Shown here one piece after another: positions 53,301 through 62,300 of a stretch of DNA of 64,000 nt (within the stretch, counting starts at the first letter, position 1; every line of letters begins with the position of its first letter). The position numbers and the translations under genes are program-made. The DNA lies in assembly GCA_015494465.1 (NCBI GenBank), contig WGBD01000004.1, positions 68,627-132,626 on the forward strand, in the 5' to 3' direction. The notes under the pieces were generated by a model. That model was not told where the DNA came from and made no database searches. It saw only the letters and a list, made by a program, of their open reading frames with translations. The stretch is from Candidatus Omnitrophota bacterium (GTDB lineage: Bacteria; Omnitrophota; Gorgyraeia; S143-82).

Positions 53301-56300
53301 CCAACCCTCGAATTTCAGCAGTGCCCTGGATAGGGAAAGGCGGTTGGAGAAGTCTTGATAGGCGCTGTCGTATCGATCGACCAGCTCCATACTTCCAAAC
53401 CGCAGGAGCCATAGATACTGAACGACCCCAAAGATCCCTACCATGTGGCGGATAGCTCTGATCTCGGCTTCCCTCAAACCGAGGCCAAGTTCATCCGCGT
53501 AATAGTGATAGCGGATCAGCCAATCCGCTAGTCCATTCAACACCTCGTTTCTATCCCCACTTCCCCAGCCGTAGAAAGAGTCCGCCCTCACCAGGTCAAA
53601 GATCCGAGTCTCTATCCTGGCGGTATCGAGGTCCGCTACCAGGGCTATCTTCCCATCCCTCCAGAGGAGATTTCGCAAGGCGAAGTCTCCGTGAATAACC
53701 GTCTTGGGCAGAACAGGCCAGATTCCAGGATAGGACTTCCGCAGTCTTTCCACCTCATCCCTGAAGGTTTCCCAGTAATCCAGGAAAAGGCGTTCTCCCC
53801 GGCCAAGATCTTTCTTCGAGGAGATGCGCTGGTATCCCCGAAGTAGCCGAGGAAGACGACGATCGTTCGGCCCCATAAACGAACCTATCCGGTCGTAGTT
53901 CCGCCAGCCTCTCCTCGGTCTGAAGAGGAGCCCGTAGGCGTGGAAGCGGGCCAATACCCTCGCCCCTTCGTTTCTATGAGCCTCGTTAATCTCAGCCAAC
54001 CTGACGCCGTCTACCCAATCGTACAGGAGGAACTTGTCCCCGCTCACGAGAGTAATGGACTGGATCGCCTGATTAAGTCGATATCTGGGTACAGGGAAAG
54101 TTGCATCTATCCTCCGGAAGCTATCCAAAAGCTCCACCTCCCACAGGGCACCAGGATAGTGCCAAGGGGAGTGTTTTAACACGAAGCGCGGAATACCGGT
54201 CTTCTTGTCCACGATTGCAACCACATGGCTGACCCTATCTGAGATGTCCCGGATCCTCCAATCCCGAGGGGAGAGCCCGTACTTGAACATGGCCAACTCG
54301 ATCCTCGTCCTCGGCTCGGGCCTCTTCTCGTCCCTGCTTACCAGGGAGCTAGAGGTGCCACCCGAACGAGGGGAAGGGAGACCCGGATCACCGCTCCCCC
54401 ACGAGACTGCTCCGTCACCCATCGCGGATCTATGCGCAGAACCCGGGCCCCTCGATCCCGTCGTCTCAGCCCAAGCATATATCGGGAGCCTCTTTAAACT
54501 AGAGGGATCCACTATCCGATGTATTATCTCGTCCGTGCGATCGTCCCCAATGGACAGACCCGACAACCCGTATCTACGGCCTACGAAGTCAAGTATTATG
54601 TGAGTCAACTCGTGGGGCACTATTATCCCGGTAAGCGATTGGTCGTAGGGCACCAGGCCCGCCCTGCCCGATACCTTTTCAAACCCCCTGACCTCTACCT
54701 CTATCCTCTTCTCCGGAGTCAACTGGGCCCATCCCCCGTGGTCAAGTGCGGGGTTGAGAACCGCCCTTACCTCCACTTCCTCGGGAAGCTCCTTCTGGAC
54801 CAGCGAATCGGGAAATTCTCTCTTCAAGGACCTTACCACCGAACCCCAATCACTTCCCTCCGCTCCCTTTATCGTCGAGATCAATCTCTGATAATCCCGC
54901 ATAAATCTCGCCTTCTGCCCCACACTCCACCAACTGCTATTGGCCACCTCTTCCAAGGCCCGCAGGAACAACCCTCTGGCGTCCACCTGCTCAATCGTCT
55001 GCCTCTTCAACCAGTAAGTGTATGCCCTGCGAAGTCGCTCAACGGACCTTCCCGTATACTCGTCTCCTGCCCTGTTTACGAGGTAATCTATGCTCGCAAG
55101 TAACCTATGTTCCTGCCCTATGGCCGGCGCCTGCTCGACCATCCTCTCCAGCTCTGCCACCCGCTTGTTCAGATGGGCGTAGTTGCCCTCCTCGGAAGAG
55201 GCAACCCCCGCAATCCAGCGGGATCTCAACACCTCATCGTAATAGGCAAGTTCCGCTAATACCTCTGCCCTCTCTGAGGTTTTGACGGAAACGGGTCTGC
55301 CCTTCTCCAGCCAGTCCAAGAGTTCCCTAACGAAAGCAGTGTCCACTCCCTCTCCCTTACGGGTCAGATCCTGCCTGCGCTTCTTAGCAATGGAAACCGC
55401 CCTGTCTATCCTGCGGTACACCCCACCCCGCAAGACCCGTGATAGGCGATCTTCCTCTACTCTCAGAGAACTTGCCAGTTCCCAGAGCGCCTCCTTATCC
55501 GCGTAAAGCGCTCGTCCTTTAGGATTGGTAAGCGCCCGCCTCACCCCCAGATACGCCTTGGACTTTTTATCTACCGGCAGGCGCAGGAACTCCGCCAGAT
55601 TGCTGGCCCTCTGCAGCACGGTCCTGCGCCGGTCAAATCTGACGAAGGCGGATATCAGGGTCGGAGTGAGCAGGTGGGGATTACGATTTATCTCCTTCGC
55701 AAGGTTCTCGGAAACGAATAGACGATATCCAAAACCGGGGACGACATTTACCTTTGTTTCCGTACCATACAAGGCGGGATCCACCTGGACCAGAACATGC
55801 CCCTTCACCCCGTAATAGTCGCGAAGGAGTCTCGGCACCTCCGCCCTGAACCACCTGCCTGCGTTGAAGTAGACCTCGCCACCTCGGGTAGCAGGTCCCA
55901 ATTCCGCATCGTCCAATAGCGAGATCCCGCTGAACGAGACCTTTTTAACCCTTCCTCCCTTATTCCACACGAGGGCATAACCTCCTTTATCCACAGCAAA
56001 TACCGTATCCTCTCCAACGCTGGAAGGATGCACCTGCCTCAGCCTCCAGGCGGTCTCTACGGCCTCCGCCTCCCAGAGACTGAATGTCGGATGGGAAAGG
56101 GTCCTCTTTAAGGCCTTTATGTGAGCCCTGCGCACCGCCGACCAGAATTCCTCGGCAGAGGAGCCTTTATGCTTCTCCAACCTCCTTAAGTCCTCGGGTG
56201 ACATACGGCGGAAGGCCCTGCCCGTATCCACGAACTCCTGGGCATATCTCGGCAGGGCCAGTCGGTCCTTATTCCCAATGTACTCCAATTCTCTCCGGAT

Positions 56301-59300
56301 CTCTTCCAATGCATAGGCCCCAAGGCCCCTGACTGCCTCAGAAGAAGTACTGGAGCGGTATATCCTCTCCTCGCTCCTGCCCAACTGCAGGTCCATAAGC
56401 GAGGCATAGCCCAATTCCGCATTCTTCCCGGAGAGTATGCGGGCATAGGCGCTCAATTCGGGAGAGTCGGATTCCTCTACATCCCCTTCACTTATCAGGG
56501 AATAGTACAGGGCGATCTCGGGCAGGACCTCCTCTTTTAACAGCCTCCTGCCCCCGAATTCAATCACCGGCGCCTCAGACAGGAGTTCCTCCCGGGAAAG
56601 TTTCTCCCCCAATATCATCCCCATCGCCGAGCGCTGGACCTCGTCCACTCCGTTGAACGGCCCCACCGGTGTGGCGAGGACCTCCGCTACGGTCTCGTCG
56701 TCAATCCCTTCTTCCCTGTACAGTTCAAAGGTCTGCATAATCCGGGCGGTCCTGAATATGTCATCTCCTGCAGTAACCTCCCTCCTGCCGTCTTTCGTAT
56801 CGTATCTGAACCTCGCCCCTTCCGGCAGTCTCAGGACATCGCTCCAATTTCTGAGGACCACCTTCTGGGGAACCCCCGCCTGCGGGCTCTCGTAAGGCAG
56901 GTACAACTCCCCAGCAACGGACCTTCCTTTGGCTATGGCCCGGAATAGAGGTGCCCAGTTGTCGTCCTCGTAGGCGGATCCTCCCGGGGTCATCACTTCT
57001 TCCAGGAGTTCCTGAAGAAACATAGTCCCCGGCACGCCTGCGACCGCAAGGGCGGAGGTCCACGGACTCAAGCCAAGGCCTATCAACTGCTCCGCAACCA
57101 CCTCCTCCATCGTCCCCTTGAGCACCACATCCCGGGCCCTGCCCATCAGGGACAATGCAGGCCTTGGCCTGCCCAACCTCAGGTCCCTAAGCCCAAACGA
57201 ACTCACCGTCTCAAGGGCCTCTCCTGCACTGCGATAGATCCTCCCGAAGTCCCCCTTGCGAATACCCTTCAGGAAGGCCTGAGACGGCCCCATCAACGGA
57301 CCCATCATCAGGGAAAATGCGTAGGCCGAGGGCATAATGTCCCTTACCCCTTTCCCTTTGGCTGTTGAGGTCCCGAATAGAGTCATCCCCAAAGAATAAT
57401 CGAGCAGGCCAAACGCTTTATTTACTATCCCCGGGCGAGACATAACAGTCTTTAGACGCCCGACCGCGGTATCGTCGGAAAATGCAGAGAGCACCCCAAA
57501 CACTCCCCTCTCCACCTCCGAGCGGGCATAAGGCAGGGCATAGCGCCGGTAGAGGTAACTGGTCCCCACCACCGCGGTGTGCAGGGCAGGCATCACCAGA
57601 AACAGGGTAGACGCAGCGGGGATCAGCGTCCTCTCAACCCCGTAGTGGTGGACTAAAGAAGAGATCCTCGCTGCGACCCGGGGAGAGAGCCTCCTCTTCA
57701 CCACCGCATAACCCAACCCCATGCGGGACAGGCCTGCGATTGCCATAACACCGCCCAAGGAATAGAACAGGCCCGCCCAGTCGTCCCTGCCCTTGGCATC
57801 CATGTATACCCCTATACCGAATGGAACGGCAGACTGGAGGAGGTAATCTGCACCACGCATCCGGCTGAGGACCGAGCGATCTCTCTCCGCATACCGCCAC
57901 AGGTCCAGTTCCCTGTAGAATCCGGCCCGCGCGCCCCGGGTATCCGCCAAGATCCACTCCTTTACGCCGGTGAACCCGCCTCGTCCCGGGCTGTAGCGGA
58001 ATCGCCCACCCACCCTGTCCGCTATCAAGACCGAGGTCACCACCAGCGGTGAGGTCAGGAGGATGTAAGGAAGTTCGCTCCTCTCTGCAGAGGACTCCCT
58101 TCCGGTTATCTCCGCAACCTTATTCAGGAGGAGGTTTCTGGTGCCGTAGAACAGAGATGTGGAAGAGGACACCAACAGTGCAGAGTCGCGGGCGTGCTCG
58201 TAGAGGCGCGCAGGGACGGAAAGGGCACGAATCTCTGCCCTGCGGGAGGCGATTATTCGGTTTATACCCAGCCTCCACAGACCACCCACACCAAAGCCAA
58301 TGAGACCGAGGTTGGACAGGAGAACCGAGGCCCGGCGATACTCGGAACGATTGGGAAGGAGGAGACTGCTCCCGTAGGCGAGCGCACCACCGGCCATAAG
58401 GGCGGTAGAGGCCTTCCTCGCCACCTCTGGACGCCGGAAGGAGAGCCGATACACCGGGCTCCTTCTCACAAGTGCCTTTGCATAGCCGATACTTTTAAAT
58501 CCAGAGGCGAACAGGAACTCCCCTGCAAACGCAGATCCCACCAGATCCGTGCCGTTCTGGACCGCAGAAGAAAGGGCCCTCAGGAAGAAGTCGGGATTGG
58601 CACCGGTAAGACCCGACCTCATCGCACTGACCCCGATGTTGAATCCAATCCCCATCAGGACAAGATCCCCGGATGAACGGTAAACCCCACCAAGGTAAGA
58701 CAGCCCTCTCACCTGACCGGCGGAGATCTCCGCCCCCATTGCCCTGTATCCCCTATACGCGCCTGCGAGGAGCCCCGCCAGGTACCCCATCCGGGCCCGG
58801 TCCGCTTCCTCAAGACTGGTGGCGGGGGTGAGGATGTCCCGGAGCGAAGAGAAGAACTCCTTCGTGGACTCCACCGGGTGCCTGGCGAGGAGTATCACCG
58901 GAGAAAGGGATCCGGTTATCACCGAGGCATCCACGATCCCTACCACTGCCCCCGCAAGCGCAGGGGAATTCGCCTTTCGGGAGGCCTGCAGGAGCAGGGA
59001 CAGTTCGAGGTTATTCTTTACCCGATCCTGGCTTATCAAGCGGGCGGGCAGGAAGAACGCCCGGTGCAGGAGGGCCCCACCCGGTGAGACCCTGCCCGAA
59101 CGCAGGTCGGAGATGTAGGTTTCGGAGTCGTACCGGCCCTCAAGCCCCAAGGCCAAGGCAGTGTGAGAAAGACCTGCAACCGCCTTGGGATACCTATAGG
59201 CAACCTTGGAGAGGACCCTGCCCCCGTCGATAAACTCAAGTCCCCTTGCCACCGCAAGGCCAACCCCCTCGTAGCCCTTCAGGGGTAGGGACAGCGTCTT

Positions 59301-62300
59301 TTGGACCATCCGTTTGGTAAGGGACTGCAGTGGCTTTCTCAAAGCAAACCGGGCAGGGAGGGCAACCGCATCGTAGAGGAGAGAGATGTCCAACAGGACC
59401 TCCGCGCTGTCCACCGCCCGAACGAAGAGAGGCTCTGATTCACCTCTCGCACGGGAGACCGCCTCAAACCGGGTCCCGACACTCCCTTCCCTCAAGGCCC
59501 TGACGAGCCCGCTCATCTCCGGAGATACCAAGGAAAGCGGTTGAGAGGCCCAGCCCACCAGCCGGTATCCCAGTCCCGTGGGTCTATAACTGCCCTTCTC
59601 GGGGGAGTATTCCAGCACGCCCTTGCCGTCTGGTCCGTATATCCTCTTGGGCAGTCCCGCTTTTATCCTCGCCAGTTTCCCTCCGGGAGATAAGGAATAA
59701 TACTGCTTATTACTGCCTTCCAAGATGTACCTTGCCAGAAACGATACCTCCCCCGCCCACTCCCTTGCCCGGAAAAACCTCGGCCTGAATATCGGAAGCC
59801 CCCTCTCGTCGCTCCCCAGATACACATAGTCCCTCCCGACCCTATCCTTCCAGGTCCCTCCAAATATGTGGTAATACGATTGACCGGGAGAGGGCAGCAG
59901 GGCACCGTTCCTGACCCGCATCAGCCCGGGCACCACCACCTCTACCGCCGGTACACCCTCAAATGTGTCCTCCAGTGAGACCAATGCCGGGAGATGGGAA
60001 AAGACCTTGGTATCTTTCAGATTAGCGGAAGAGATCCCTTTCTTCCGCCCCGCCTCCGGAAACGAGACTATACCCTGACCGACCTCCACCACCACATCCG
60101 GACTGTAGATTTCCACCTCCACCTCACCGGAATCCGACCTGCCTATACGAGAGGGGAGTCTGAGCATCGCCAGTCCAAAGGGCAGGCCGGAGCCCTCCAC
60201 ATACTGATACTCACCGAGGAACTTCAGGCCCTCCACATCCCCCAAGAGTTTGAACCGCCAACTTCCCTTTGCTCCGTTCTTACCTCCCATTCCAGACCGA
60301 TAAGAACCCTCCCCCCGGAGGCGAAAACCGAGCGTCGGGGCCCAGAAGACCTCCCCGGGCAAGACATAACCCGCCCGGGATAGGGCAATCTTCCGGGAAA
60401 GTGCTTTTGACCTGCCGTGCAAGTCCAAGAAGAGGCTCTCCTTCCCCCGATAGGGATCTATACGCTCCAGTTCAAAGGTAACCCGCCGAAACTGACGGGG
60501 GACGATCCTCTCCAGATCCTTTTTGAGGAGTTGAGCGAGGATCTCTCTCTTCTCCCGGGCAGATATGTTCCGGTCATAGGCCACCCGGGCGAGCATCTCC
60601 GCCAGCCTGTCCCCGTACTTATAACCGTCGGAGAGAATGTGTCGGTTCAGGACTTTGACCGCCTCAGCGTCGCCCAAGCGCAGGGAGTTCCAGACTCGAT
60701 CGAGAAGATAATCCACCACATCCGACCGGGTGGCAAAGAAGATGCGCCTTTCTCCCACCGGGATCCCCGATGACCTGAGGCTATCCAACACCATACCTAG
60801 GTACAATCCCTTGCTACCCAATCCCAATATCCTGTGGTTCAAGTCAATCTCCAGCATCCCGTCCCGCAGGGAAAGACCCACACCTTTCTCCCCCCGCAGG
60901 GCCCTGCGGATACCCTCCCTCTCCTGAGGGGGTAGAGATACATCCACAAGGGAAAGGAATGCCTTCCTCCCCGAAGCACTTTTATACCCCCTGTTCACAG
61001 CCATGTACACCGCGGAGTTGATCGCCACCGGCACCACTGAAGGTATCCCTCTGATACCGGGTGAGTAGTTCTCCTTCTCCACCCACTTACCGTTCTCCTC
61101 AACGAGGGGCAGGGAATACCCCTGAGAGGCATACCACCTGGAGGTGAGAAAGAGCCGTCGGGCCCGACCGGAGGTGTAGAGGGGATAGTCCACGAACAAC
61201 AACGGGAGCCCCATGCCTCCGTTGGGAAGACCCTGCGCATTGACCAGCGGGGCGGAGTGGCTTATCCGTTTCCCGGACCGGCCAAAGCCCTTGGCAAAGA
61301 GCCCGACACCATTGGTGAAGTCCCGGGAACCGAGCATCTCAAACAGGTGAACCACGATAAACGAACTGAACGCACAGTCCTGTTCCTGCATCGCCTTATA
61401 CGAAGAGAAGATCTGAGCAAGGGCCATGTCGTGCAGGGTCTTTTTAGAGATCTCTTTTACCTTATTTGAATAAGGCCGGGGCAAAAACGACCTCATCGCA
61501 GGGGAGGTCTTTGCGATTTCCTTGGAAAGTTCCCTCACCGTCATCTCCTTTATGTCCACCTCCGTCTTGCCCAGCACCCTGGCGATCCGTGCTATCCACA
61601 CAGGTACTATCATCCCTTCTCGCTCGAGATTACCTATCTTCTCGTCGAGCGACCCTCTCATACGATTCAACAAAGGACGGAACTCCTGCAGGAGGAGGCT
61701 ATCCAACAGCGCCTGCACCTTTTCCTCGTATCCGGGCTCTGCGGTATCTATCTTCTTCACCCCCTCCTCAAACCTCTCCATCACCCGCGCCAGTGCCTTT
61801 CGTTCCAGCCCCATCCTCTGCATAACCTTGCCTGCGGGCTCAACCGATCTGGCAGAGATCACCATCCAATCCCCGTCGAACTGCTTTCCCACCAAGGCAT
61901 CCGCAACCCGCTGGACCTTACCCAGCCAGAAGGGGCCAGAATCACCCGCAACCTCCAGCATCCTCTGGCTTTTTGGCTCTAGCCGACCCCTTTCATCGGT
62001 AAATACCCGAAAGACATCAACCAAGACAGGGGAAAACTCCCTTGGCGTGTCCATGTCGTAAAGGTAGAAGGTAGAGATCCTCGGGAAGGTCATCGTGTGC
62101 CTCGCAAAGTCCAAGGTCATCTTCCCGTCCACGGGAGAGATCGCCTTCAGCCTACCGGTGGTATCCCGGAAGAGGTAGACCCCAGTCCGCTCCTTCCTAC
62201 CAAGCCAGGTGGTAAGAGAATACACCTTCTTTATCCCCTCTCCCCGACCGAGATAGCGGATCTTATTCCCGGATAGGGTCACGAAGAAACTGACCCAACC